From NCBI RefSeq assembly GCF_000253055.1, contig NC_016070.1, positions 1,770,001 through 1,802,000 of the forward strand: DNA of 32,000 bases, written 5' to 3'. This document shows positions 24,335 through 32,000 of this stretch, piece by piece. The stretch comes from Thermoproteus tenax Kra 1. Lineage in GTDB: Archaea; Thermoproteota; Thermoprotei; Thermoproteales; Thermoproteaceae. Under the pieces are notes generated by a model. That model was not told the origin of the DNA and ran no database searches. It saw only the letters and a list, made by a program, of their open reading frames with translations. The translations under genes and the position numbers were made by a program. How positions within the stretch are numbered: position 1 is the first letter of the stretch; each line of letters opens with the position of its first letter.

Positions 24335-25900
24335 TCAGCGGGTAACTAACCATAGCGCGTAGACCAACAAGAGCAAGAGCGCCATTGCGCTCAATGCCAA
24401 CGTCCACATGTGGACCAAGAGCGCGTATGTGGCCACGGCTGCCACAACGCCTATATAGGAAAGCTCGGGGGCCAAACTCTCCTTGAAGCTCAACTGGGTT
24501 GATCCCTTGGGCGTGACCCTCCACGTTATTGAGTCGCGGAAGAACCCGGCCACCATATAGACAAACGCAGTGACGTTTATCAAGAGGGCTATCAAGGCGT
24601 TCTGGGCCGTCAGAGCCAACGACTCCGCGAGGCCACGCCCCTCTGAGCGGGCCAAGGAGGTCGTGTAGTACAACAGTATAAAGGTCAGTGAAGCTGACGC
24701 CAGCTCCAAGGCGAGCACAGGCAACGGCGGAATTAAGTAGCCCGTATAGGTGGCCACGAGGCCCATCAGAGGGAGGAAGAGGCTAGTTGCTACTATCAAC
24801 GGGTGTTGTAATATTGTCAAAATCAAGCTGGCCCTCTCTCGGAGGGGCAGAGGCGCCTCCAATATGCGGGCCACATACTTCCTAGCTATATAGGACGAGT
24901 TAAAGACCCATCTGGCGAACTGTTTTCTGAAGGCGAAGTATGTCGCAGGTATTTCCACCGACACGGGGACTCCGCCGTCGTAGACCACGCGTCCCCCCGA
25001 CAATAGAACCTTTAGGGAGATGTCGTAGTCATCTGCTACACAGTCGCAGAAGCCTCCGACTCTTTTAAGCAAGGACTTCTTTATCGCTATTCCCGACCCC
25101 AAGGCCAACAGCACGTCGCCGGTAAGGGCCCTCCCTAAGTACGCGCCGTACAATAGAAAGTATCTATAAGTGAACTGTAGGGCCCTCCCCAGCCTCGTGA
25201 AAAGCGATGTGTAGCCGTCCCAGCCGAGAAAGAGCAGGGTGTTATCATCTATGGCGCTGGCCACTCTAACTGCGGCATCTCTAGGGATTCTGCTGTCGAC
25301 GTCCAGGAAGACGAGCACATCGTGTTGGGCCCTCTCGGATGCCCAGTTGAGCGCCGAGCCCTTGTACCGACCTCCAGAGTCCCTCCTCAGAGCCCTCGCG
25401 CGTATGCCGAGCTCTCTGGCCGTTGCCTCCACCACCGCTTTCAATTTGGCGAAATAGCCCTCGTCGTCGTCTGAGACCACCAACACCTCGAATGAGTCTC
25501 TGGGATAGTCCAAATCGGCGAAGCGGAGCAACATAGAGTATATCACATCCAACGGCTCGCCCTTCACAGGCACTATGAACGACATCGGGAGGGGGTCTGA
25601 AGAGACGAGGGCCCTCGCGCGCCCAACTGATCTCATGTTTTTAATAACAGCTCTATAATATTTTATAAATTTAAAAATAAGAAGAATGTTTAATACCATT
25701 AAAAAAGAATAAATAATATAAATAATTAAAATATCAATACTTGGTATATTTGGAGCAACAGGGGACTTACAACCTTGGATGAACTGACTAGAGTTTATAC
25801 ACGTGGCCACACTGTTGCCGGCAGCCCCTATCTGTCTGCTGATGTTGTGGACGTACTTAGTGATATTCGGCAGAACTGTGATATTCAAGGGCAACTCCAC
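24335..25900 (-). CDS. Membrane-embedded family-2 glycosyltransferase of the processive (QxxRW) type
   Basis: The motifs VVSDDDEG, LDVDSRI (DxD) and KQFARW (QxxRW) are followed by about 5 C-terminal TM helices. An N-terminal TM helix is preceded by about 55 aa carrying NIT, NIT, NIS and NSS sequons. The ATG lies 2 nt after the PMM/PGM stop. Confidence 0.8.
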   Translation of the reverse strand: MELPLNITVLPNITKYVHNISRQIGAAGNSVATCINSSQFIQGCKSPVAPNIPSIDILIIYIIYSFLMVLNILLIFKFIKYYRAVIKNMRSVGRARALVSSDPLPMSFIVPVKGEPLDVIYSMLLRFADLDYPRDSFEVLVVSDDDEGYFAKLKAVVEATARELGIRARALRRDSGGRYKGSALNWASERAQHDVLVFLDVDSRIPRDAAVRVASAIDDNTLLFLGWDGYTSLFTRLGRALQFTYRYFLLYGAYLGRALTGDVLLALGSGIAIKKSLLKRVGGFCDCVADDYDISLKVLLSGGRVVYDGGVPVSVEIPATYFAFRKQFARWVFNSSYIARKYVARILEAPLPLRERASLILTILQHPLIVATSLFLPLMGLVATYTGYLIPPLPVLALELASASLTFILLYYTTSLARSEGRGLAESLALTAQNALIALLINVTAFVYMVAGFFRDSITWRVTPKGSTQLSFKESLAPELSYIGVVAAVATYALLVHMWTLALSAMALLLLLVYALWLVTR

Positions 25901-25902
25901 AG

Positions 25903-27213
25903 TCAGCTACGGGAAAGGCCCAGCGTACCCAAATAGGCCCGAAGCTCCTCTAGTCGGCTTGATGTCGAAGCCTCAAGCTTGGCCCTTATCAACGGTTCGG
26001 TGTTGCTGGGCCTCACGAGAATTCTGCCTCCGCCCTTGAGCCTTAGGTCTAAACCGTCTATCTCCTGTACGTCCTCCACTGGAATTTTACTTACGGAGTC
26101 TTTCACTCTTTCCATCGCGCGCTTGGGATCGTCGACTCTAAAGTCGAGTCTCTCCTCATAGACTCTGGGGGCCTCGGCCAAGAGCTCATCCAGAGACTTC
26201 CCGACGGCCCTCGCTACATCGAAAAGCTTCAATGCCGCGTATATGGCGTCGTCGAAGTAGAAGTGATCACTGAAACCGATATGCCCGCTGTACTCAGCCC
26301 AGAACAATGCGTTGTGCCTCATCGCGGCGGGCTTTTGAAAGCTGTGGCCCACGCGCTGTCTCAAGACTTTGACCCCCCTCTCGCGGGCGACGTCCTCTAA
26401 ATATAGCGGCATAGTTACGTCAAGCACAACCACATCTCCAGGTTTGGCCGCGTACTGCAGTAACACAAACACCATCTTCTCGGGCCTGAAGATCTGGGCT
26501 GATGCCGTGACCAAGCCTACTCTATCGCCATCACCATCAAGGGCCACACCTCCGTCGAGCCCCCGCGACTTGACGAGCTCTTGGAGTTGGCGTAAGTTCT
26601 CGGCCTTCTCAGGATCAGGGGGGTGGGAGGGGAATCTTCCATCAGGTCTGTCGTTGATGGCGTACACCTCTCTGAAGATCCTCTTGAGGAGCGGCCTCAG
26701 AACAACGCCGGCTGCGTTTGCAGGATCGAACCCTATCCTCATGTCGAACTCTCCGAACCTCCTTTCGAGAGTTTGGAAATAACGTTCTCTTATATCTTGG
26801 ACATATATCAAACCCCTCTGGAACTCTGGCGGCTCCTCCATAAGGTCGCGCAACGCGGCGAGCTCCTCTGAGGTCAAATCGATGCCGCCGCGGCGCATCA
26901 CCTTCATCCCGTTGTATTCGGGCGGGTTGTGGGACGCCGTTATCATAACTGCGGGCTCGTCGAGCGCCTTGGAGGCGAAGTGGGTCATAGGCGTAGTTAC
27001 GTTGCCGAGTAGCTCCACGTCAGAGACGGGCAGAAGGCCTGCGATCAGGTGGCGCGCCACATCGGGGGAGTGAGTCCTCACGTCCATTCCAATGAGGATC
27101 CTCTCGCCGTTGAAGAATTTACCAATGGCGTAGCCGATCCTCCTTACGATCTCAGGGGAGAGGTCCTTGTTATATATCCCTCTGATGTCATAGGCCTTAA
27201 ACACAGAGGACAT
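25903..27213 (-). CDS. Phosphomannomutase/phosphoglucomutase (alpha-D-phosphohexomutase)
   Basis: It has the active-site loop TASHNPPEYNG, the metal loop DGDGDR and the sugar loop AEYSGH. The protein is 436 aa. Confidence 0.9.
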   Translation of the reverse strand: MSSVFKAYDIRGIYNKDLSPEIVRRIGYAIGKFFNGERILIGMDVRTHSPDVARHLIAGLLPVSDVELLGNVTTPMTHFASKALDEPAVMITASHNPPEYNGMKVMRRGGIDLTSEELAALRDLMEEPPEFQRGLIYVQDIRERYFQTLERRFGEFDMRIGFDPANAAGVVLRPLLKRIFREVYAINDRPDGRFPSHPPDPEKAENLRQLQELVKSRGLDGGVALDGDGDRVGLVTASAQIFRPEKMVFVLLQYAAKPGDVVVLDVTMPLYLEDVARERGVKVLRQRVGHSFQKPAAMRHNALFWAEYSGHIGFSDHFYFDDAIYAALKLFDVARAVGKSLDELLAEAPRVYEERLDFRVDDPKRAMERVKDSVSKIPVEDVQEIDGLDLRLKGGGRILVRPSNTEPLIRAKLEASTSSRLEELRAYLGTLGLSRS

Positions 27214-27240
27214 GCAAACGTTGGCGCACGGGTTTAAGAC

Positions 27241-27274
27241 TATTACCGTCCTCCTTGCCCTAAAGGGCGAGGCC
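27241..27274. repeat. Copy 3 (left half plus hairpin only) of the palindrome-bearing repeat
   Basis: The sequence is tattaccgtcctccttgccctaaagggcgaggcc. The 18-nt core gccctaaagggcgaggc is identical to copy 1. The stem carries changes that improve pairing. Sequence to the right is unrelated to copies 1 and 2. Confidence 0.45.
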
Positions 27275-27366
27275 CCAAGTTGTAGCTCCTTTAGTCTCCC
27301 CGTGCGGTGCCCAACCTCCCGGGGAGGATCGCCCGCGGATGTGGGTCTCGATAGTTAACGGTACAG

Positions 27367-27376
27367 CTTATATACC
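27367..27376 (+). promoter_or_regulatory. TATA-like box of the DUF763 gene
   Basis: CTTATATACC is centred about 24 nt upstream of the GTG at 27395. Confidence 0.4.
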
Positions 27377-27394
27377 GCTGCGCCGAGATATTTT

Positions 27395-28522
27395 GTGAGG
27401 TTGGGCGGCTATGCGGATCTGCCGTTGCACACAGGGCACGTCCCCCCATGGTTATTGGCTAGGATGAAGAAGCTCTCAGCTATACTGGTGAAAATAATGT
27501 ACGATATGTGGGGCGAGAATGGGATCGTTGAGAGGTTGGCCAGCCCGGTGTTCTTCCAGGCAGTGAACAACTTGATAGGTATGGACTGGGATTCGTCGGG
27601 AAGCACCACGGTCACTACGGCGGTCTTGAAATATGCCTTCGAAAAATCCGATGTGCCTGTGAGGATTGCAGGCGGCAAGGGAGAGCACGCCCTTAAAACG
27701 CCGGAGGAGTTGAGAGCCATAGCGGATGCCTGGGGCCTAGACGGCGAGAGTCTCATTGAGGCATCGCGGCTGGCTGCCAAGGTTGACAACGCGCTGGTGC
27801 AGGATGGCTACACAATATATCATCACGCCTTTGTCGTCGCCAGAAGCGGCACGTGGGCGGTGATTCAACAGGGTATGAACACTGAGAACAGAATGGCGAG
27901 GAGGTACCACTGGATCAAGACGGAGGACTTCTTCAACGATCCGCACAAGGGCATAGTGGGGAAAAGGGGAGAGGGAGTATTGAACCTAGCCTCATCTAAG
28001 AGCGCGGAGAACCGCGCCGTAATTTTAGAGCTCGCCGCATCGGGGCCCGAGAAGTTGGCAAGGGACTTGCTGATACTTACAGGCCAGTCCACCCTTGTTC
28101 CCTATTATCATCCCTATGTGGACAGGAGGAGGATCAAGGCGGAGCTCGGCGATGTGAGACATATAGTGGCCTCTGTGCCGAGGGGGGCCAGCAGCTTCAA
28201 GGAGTTGGTCTTAAGCAGAGGCGTGGGCCCGAAGACGCTGAGAGCGCTGGCCCTTGTGGCCGAGTTACTATACAGAGCGCCGGCCGACTGGAGAGATCCG
28301 GCCAACGTTGATCCCTTTAAATTCTCCTTTGCAGTTGGAGGCAAGGACGGAGTGCCGTACCCTGTGGATAGACGCACTTACGACGAGCTTATCTCTCTGT
28401 TGGAGGCCATGGTCGAGGCTGCCAAAGGCGAGAGGGGGATCTATACGTATCTCTCATCGTTGGCTAAGAGGGCCATGGCGTGGAGCCCTCCCCAGGGCTC
28501 CAAGAGGCCGACGCCGCCCTAA
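27395..28522 (+). CDS. DUF763-family protein
   Basis: The N-terminus YADLPLHTGHVPPWLLARMKKLS matches my recollection of the conserved DUF763 start. The protein is 375 aa and its function is unknown. Confidence 0.7.
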   Translation: MRLGGYADLPLHTGHVPPWLLARMKKLSAILVKIMYDMWGENGIVERLASPVFFQAVNNLIGMDWDSSGSTTVTTAVLKYAFEKSDVPVRIAGGKGEHALKTPEELRAIADAWGLDGESLIEASRLAAKVDNALVQDGYTIYHHAFVVARSGTWAVIQQGMNTENRMARRYHWIKTEDFFNDPHKGIVGKRGEGVLNLASSKSAENRAVILELAASGPEKLARDLLILTGQSTLVPYYHPYVDRRRIKAELGDVRHIVASVPRGASSFKELVLSRGVGPKTLRALALVAELLYRAPADWRDPANVDPFKFSFAVGGKDGVPYPVDRRTYDELISLLEAMVEAAKGERGIYTYLSSLAKRAMAWSPPQGSKRPTPP

Positions 28523-28551
28523 TTTATTTAAACTTGCCGTCTTGATATTGG

Positions 28552-29082
28552 GTGCAGATCTTATTAGAGGGCCCCCAAGAGTTCGTGGGCAAAGACGGCA
28601 GACGTTATATACTCAGAGAGTTCCGGGCTTCCGATCTCAACGCAGTTGTATCAATAAACAGACGCGTTCTGCCCGAGAACTACCCCGAGTGGTTCTTCAT
28701 GGAGCACCATCTTTCTTTCCCCAAGGCGTTTATAGTGGCCGAGATGAACGGGGAGCTCGTGGGATATATGATGAATAGAGTCGAGTACGGGTGGAGCTAT
28801 ATAAATAAGGGTAGAGCGGCCAGGAAAGGACACGTGGTTTCCATCGGAGTTCTGCCGCAGGCCAGAAGGATAGGGATAGCGACCAACATGATGTTGAGAG
28901 GTATGAATGCCATGAGGGCTTTTTATGAGGCCGAGGAGGTCTTCCTTGAGGTGAGAGTCAGCAACACTCCGGCGATATCGCTCTATAAGAAGTTGGGGTT
29001 CGAGATAGCCGGCAGAATCCCGCGCTACTACAGCGATGGGGAGGACGCCTACATTATGGCGAGATCTCTGGAGAATTTATGA
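28552..29082 (+). CDS. ard1: N-alpha-acetyltransferase, archaeal Ard1/Naa10-like (GNAT)
   Basis: It is collinear with Sulfolobus Ard1 as I remember it (..INRRVLPENYPEWFF.., RKGHVVSIGVLPQARRIGIAT, EVFLEVRVSNTPAISLYKKLGF, YYSDGEDAYIMAR). It uses a GTG start. Confidence 0.85.
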   Translation: MQILLEGPQEFVGKDGRRYILREFRASDLNAVVSINRRVLPENYPEWFFMEHHLSFPKAFIVAEMNGELVGYMMNRVEYGWSYINKGRAARKGHVVSIGVLPQARRIGIATNMMLRGMNAMRAFYEAEEVFLEVRVSNTPAISLYKKLGFEIAGRIPRYYSDGEDAYIMARSLENL

Positions 29083-29083
29083 C

Positions 29084-30319
29084 CTACTCTCCGAATTTCT
29101 CTGAGAGACCCAAGTAGCTAGCCAGTATAGGCGTGATATCGATGCCTTTTATCCTCCCCAAGGCGCCCCTCCAACAGGTCAGCTCGCTGAACTTGGTGAC
29201 GTCGTCTCTAATCACGTCCGGACCGTAGAGAAGCACCGGCACCGGCTCCCCTGTGTGTTCTCTCACTGAGACTGGCGTCGCGTGATCCGATGTGACCACC
29301 ACGTAGTTCTCTCTGAGCACAGCCTCGTAGGGCCTCAGCGCTGCGTCCAATCTTTCGACGACGTCGACTTTACCTCTGAAGTCTCCATCGTGGCTCGCCG
29401 AATCGGTCCCTTTGACGTGCAAGAAGACTAAGTCGTAGCGTTTCATGAGCTGTACAGCTAGCTTTACAGCCTCATCAAACTTATCGAACTTGGTGCCCAC
29501 AAGGCCCTCGGCAGTGTAGACGTCCATGCCGACGGCCTTGGCAACCCCCCTTATCAGTGCAACGCCTGCGACAGCTGCCGCCCTTATTTTATATTTGTCG
29601 TGTATGCTCTCTATACTGGGCATATACCCGCCGCCGCGCACCAAGATGGCGTTTATGAGGGGCTCGCCTTTGGAGCCCCTCCTCTTATTGGCCTCCAGCT
29701 CCTTCGATAGAGACCTGAACCTGGCTGTTATCTCGTTGATGACCTCGGCAGTGACCTTGGCCCTCTCATCGCCGTCGAGGGGAGCCGAGGGCTTGATCGC
29801 CTCCCCTACCTTGTGGGGATCTGTGTCCGACACTCTGTGGGAGACCGCGCCTCTCAGGACGAGGACCCCCCTGTGCTCAACTGTTGATTTGTAAAGAATA
29901 GATACGCCGTATTTTCTCTCGATCTCCTCGCCTATTTTGGCCATCAAGCCCTCTACCTCCTGCGCCTCCTCAGGAGATATATATCTCCCCGCCCTTCTGT
30001 CCACCACAATGCCTCTCTCGTCCACTGTGGCCAAATTAGTTCTGAACGCCACATCGCCAGGTTTCAGGTCAACGCCGGCGCCCAGGGCCTCGAAGGCGCC
30101 CCTTCCCGTGTAGTATTTATAGGGATCGTAGCCGAACAGAGCCAGATGCGCCGTATCGGAGCCCGGCCTTATCCCCGGCGCTATTGGATCCATCATGCCG
30201 CAGGAGCCGTAGGAGGCCAAGCTATCTATCACCGGCTTAAGGGCGGCGAAAAACGGCGTCGTGCCCTCCCTTGGCCTATCGCCGCCGCCGTCGAACAATA
30301 TCCAAAGCACTGATGTCAT
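29084..30319 (-). CDS. apgM: Cofactor-independent phosphoglycerate mutase, archaeal type
   Basis: The motifs ILFDGGGDRP, GSDTAHLALFGYDP, HVKGTDSASHDG and VVTSDHATP are present. I use the ATG at 30319 (MTSVLWILFDGG), with TTTTTAATCC about 20 nt upstream. Confidence 0.88.
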   Translation of the reverse strand: MTSVLWILFDGGGDRPREGTTPFFAALKPVIDSLASYGSCGMMDPIAPGIRPGSDTAHLALFGYDPYKYYTGRGAFEALGAGVDLKPGDVAFRTNLATVDERGIVVDRRAGRYISPEEAQEVEGLMAKIGEEIERKYGVSILYKSTVEHRGVLVLRGAVSHRVSDTDPHKVGEAIKPSAPLDGDERAKVTAEVINEITARFRSLSKELEANKRRGSKGEPLINAILVRGGGYMPSIESIHDKYKIRAAAVAGVALIRGVAKAVGMDVYTAEGLVGTKFDKFDEAVKLAVQLMKRYDLVFLHVKGTDSASHDGDFRGKVDVVERLDAALRPYEAVLRENYVVVTSDHATPVSVREHTGEPVPVLLYGPDVIRDDVTKFSELTCWRGALGRIKGIDITPILASYLGLSEKFGE

Positions 30320-30397
30320 AACTCGAAGAAACTTCTGGATTAAAAACAATGTTGGGACGGCCCCCTAGGAGGGCATAGCTTGAGCGCTCAGGCGCAA

Positions 30398-30703
30398 TCA
30401 AGAGGTCTCCTGCTCTATCCAGGCGAGGTACTCCCTTAGGCCCTGAGTTATGGGCACAACTATTATTTCAGGCAGCTTGTAGGGATGAATCTTTCTCACC
30501 TCCTCGATCAACTCTTGGACTTTGTCGGCTTTAGTTTTAGCTATCAATAACGCCTCTTTGTCCTCCTCGACTTTTCCCTCCCAACGATATACCGACTCAA
30601 CGCCCACAATGTTGACACACGCAGCCAGCCTCCTCTCGACTAGATGGCGCGCTATCTTCTTGCCCTCAGACTCTGGGGCCGTTATATACGCTACTACGAA
30701 CAC
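30398..30703 (-). CDS. cutA: CutA1 divalent-cation tolerance protein
   Basis: ACVNIVGVESVYRWEGKVEEDKEALLIAKT is the canonical CutA core. The protein is 101 aa. Confidence 0.88.
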   Translation of the reverse strand: MFVVAYITAPESEGKKIARHLVERRLAACVNIVGVESVYRWEGKVEEDKEALLIAKTKADKVQELIEEVRKIHPYKLPEIIVVPITQGLREYLAWIEQETS

Positions 30704-30709
30704 AGCCCG

Positions 30710-31195
30710 CTATCTTGTATCTAATTTAAGTTTGCATGTGGGACATAGAAGGGAGGCGACCTTGGCTCCGAGCTCTGTCAAACCTCCGTTTCTATCCGTC
30801 AGCCCCATCTCGATGAACGCCCTATGTTGGACGCGGTGACCTCTACATATGTCTACCAACGCCCTTTTCTCCTCCTCCGACAAGACATCTAGGTAGGCCC
30901 TAGGGCCTTCTCTGGCCACCTCCCTGAGCAGGAGTTCGCCGGCCCTCGAGAGTTTGTAGTATATGTGGTGTTTTCTGACCTCATTGCTGAGCTTGAACCT
31001 GGCCTTGGATCGCTTGAGCGTGTGACCTCCAACCCTCTCGATGAGGCCCAGCTCCTCCAGCCGCTCTAGGGCATCTATCACTTCAGAGAGATCGACCCTT
31101 AGATTCTTCGCAATAGATTTTCCATAGTCTATATAGGCCCTCTTTAGATGGAACAAAATATCAATATATAATTTTTTACGAAGTACATCTTTCAT
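30710..31195 (-). CDS. Winged-helix-like DNA-binding protein, uncharacterised archaeal family
   Basis: GKSIAKNLRVDLSEVIDALERLEELGLIERVGG followed by KHHIYYKLSRAG fits a wHTH layout. The C-terminus carries CPTC. There is a 4-nt overlap with the upstream gene. Confidence 0.6.
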   Translation of the reverse strand: MKDVLRKKLYIDILFHLKRAYIDYGKSIAKNLRVDLSEVIDALERLEELGLIERVGGHTLKRSKARFKLSNEVRKHHIYYKLSRAGELLLREVAREGPRAYLDVLSEEEKRALVDICRGHRVQHRAFIEMGLTDRNGGLTELGAKVASLLCPTCKLKLDTR

Positions 31196-31569
31196 TTAAG
31201 AAGAATAGGTATTATAAATATAGCGAAGAATAAATTGAATAATACAATTGAAGTTATTGCCACATATATATAGTTTTTCTCCTTGATAAACTGTATCAAT
31301 CCCATGGCAACTCTCACAATAGGAGTTGCGATGAGGACTATTAGGCCCAACATCATTATGTCGACACCGTTAAGTCTCGTGATACCTGCAAAAACCGCGG
31401 AAGGCTGTATCCTCGAGGAGTTTAGGAGGGAATGTGGGGTTGACAACTGGCTTAGCGCATCTGAGTTAGAGGGATTTGCGAATAAGACCACAAGACCTGC
31501 GATCACTAGCGCTATGCTCACCAATACTCCTATGCGCAGTGTATATCCTATGATATCCTCTAGCTCCAT
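31192..31569 (-). CDS. DUF1634-like small membrane protein
   Basis: The protein is 125 aa with about 3-4 TM helices, and the N-terminus is IIGYTLRIGVLVSIALVIAGLVVLF. It lies immediately downstream of, and overlaps, a TauE/SafE gene, which is the usual pairing. The C-terminus is encoded in an AT-rich island. Confidence 0.6.
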   Translation of the reverse strand: MELEDIIGYTLRIGVLVSIALVIAGLVVLFANPSNSDALSQLSTPHSLLNSSRIQPSAVFAGITRLNGVDIMMLGLIVLIATPIVRVAMGLIQFIKEKNYIYVAITSIVLFNLFFAIFIIPILLK

Positions 31570-32000
31570 ATCCCTAGGCCCCGTAATATCATTTGGATCC
31601 CTAGAATCGCAAGTATGGCCATGAAGATATAGCGTATGGTCACGTTCCTCAGCTTTATCAACACTCTAGCCCCTATGAAGGAGCCCGCCAGAACTCCGAT
31701 AGCTGTGACCGAGGCGAAGAGCGGCTGGATATATCCGAAGAACCAGTAGATCGAGCTGCCCGTGGCGGCAGTCACGCCGATCATAAAGTTGCTCGTCGTC
31801 GTCGAGACCTTGATCGGGAGATTCATGGCCCAGTCCATACCCAGCACCTTGAGGGCCCCGCTGCCTATCCCCAGAAGACCTGATATGAGCCCGGCGACGA
31901 ACATTATGGATTCGCCGAGCCACCAACGTACTCCGTGGTACTCGACCTCGCGCCCCAATACGGGGTCGTAGTATTTGCCATAGAGCTGGAGCCACTTGCT
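31560..32000 (-). CDS. TauE/SafE (DUF81) family anion exporter, C-terminal half; the gene continues beyond the right edge
   Basis: GLISGLLGIGSGALKV and the TM pattern fit the family. My translation shows the frame stays open upstream of the listed TTG start through to position 32000 (..SKWLQLYGKYYDPVLGREVEYH..). Confidence 0.75.
   Translation of the reverse strand, partial: SKWLQLYGKYYDPVLGREVEYHGVRWWLGESIMFVAGLISGLLGIGSGALKVLGMDWAMNLPIKVSTTTSNFMIGVTAATGSSIYWFFGYIQPLFASVTAIGVLAGSFIGARVLIKLRNVTIRYIFMAILAILGIQMILRGLGIWS

Noticed and set aside
25699-25900. A shorter GT2 start at ATG 25699, which would make 25700-25900 intergenic with the AT island as promoter.
   Set aside because: This would truncate the only N-terminal TM helix to about 12 residues. 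The upstream 67 codons are stop-free through very AT-rich DNA, and the 25900 ATG is 2 nt from the upstream stop, which is operon-like. The long form is kept, but the short form is not excluded.
1-32000. CRISPR arrays, cas genes, restriction-modification or toxin-antitoxin pairs, integrases, prophage-like blocks.
   Set aside because: I scanned for regularly spaced direct repeats and for hallmark motifs in all listed ORFs. None were found, and the window is dominated by housekeeping genes.

Overview
The window reads as a compact, gene-dense chromosomal segment of a hyperthermophilic crenarchaeon, probably Thermoproteales (Pyrobaculum/Thermoproteus-like). That assignment is an inference from gene content (GatD, isopentenyl phosphate kinase, archaeal ApgM, Ard1, ZPR1-like, four-subunit 2-oxoacid:ferredoxin oxidoreductase, tungsten AOR), strongly G/C-rich third codon positions, and AT-rich TATA-like boxes about 24-26 nt upstream of start codons, which suggests leaderless mRNAs.

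About 38 protein genes are supported, mostly housekeeping:
- Energy metabolism: a por/vor-type operon (gamma-delta-alpha-beta) and AOR.
- Central carbon metabolism: rpiA, apgM, PMM/PGM.
- Translation: gatD, lysS, and one tRNA-His(GUG).
- Isoprenoid lipid genes: a GGPP synthase-IPK pair, with a DUF92 gene nearby.
- Membrane and transport: tatA, LysE, TauE plus DUF1634.
- Other: a processive-type GT2, and several uncharacterised membrane or secreted proteins.

I see no CRISPR array, rRNA, intact mobile element or recognisable defence system.

The parts not explained by ordinary genes are:
1. A roughly 50-nt palindrome-bearing repeat present three times, always intergenic.
2. Two GC-rich, stop-rich, hairpin-dense non-coding blocks flanking a small cupin gene (about 4003-4170 and 4741-5040). 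The second contains a 118-nt helix-closed multi-hairpin domain with a tRNA D-arm-like 16-mer.
3. A relic TnpB-like fragment and an unusual two-domain protein directly 3' of tRNA-His.
4. Three extremely AT-rich islands (13-21% G+C) that are read in frame inside membrane-protein ORFs.

All functional calls come from motif recognition by eye. No database search was possible.
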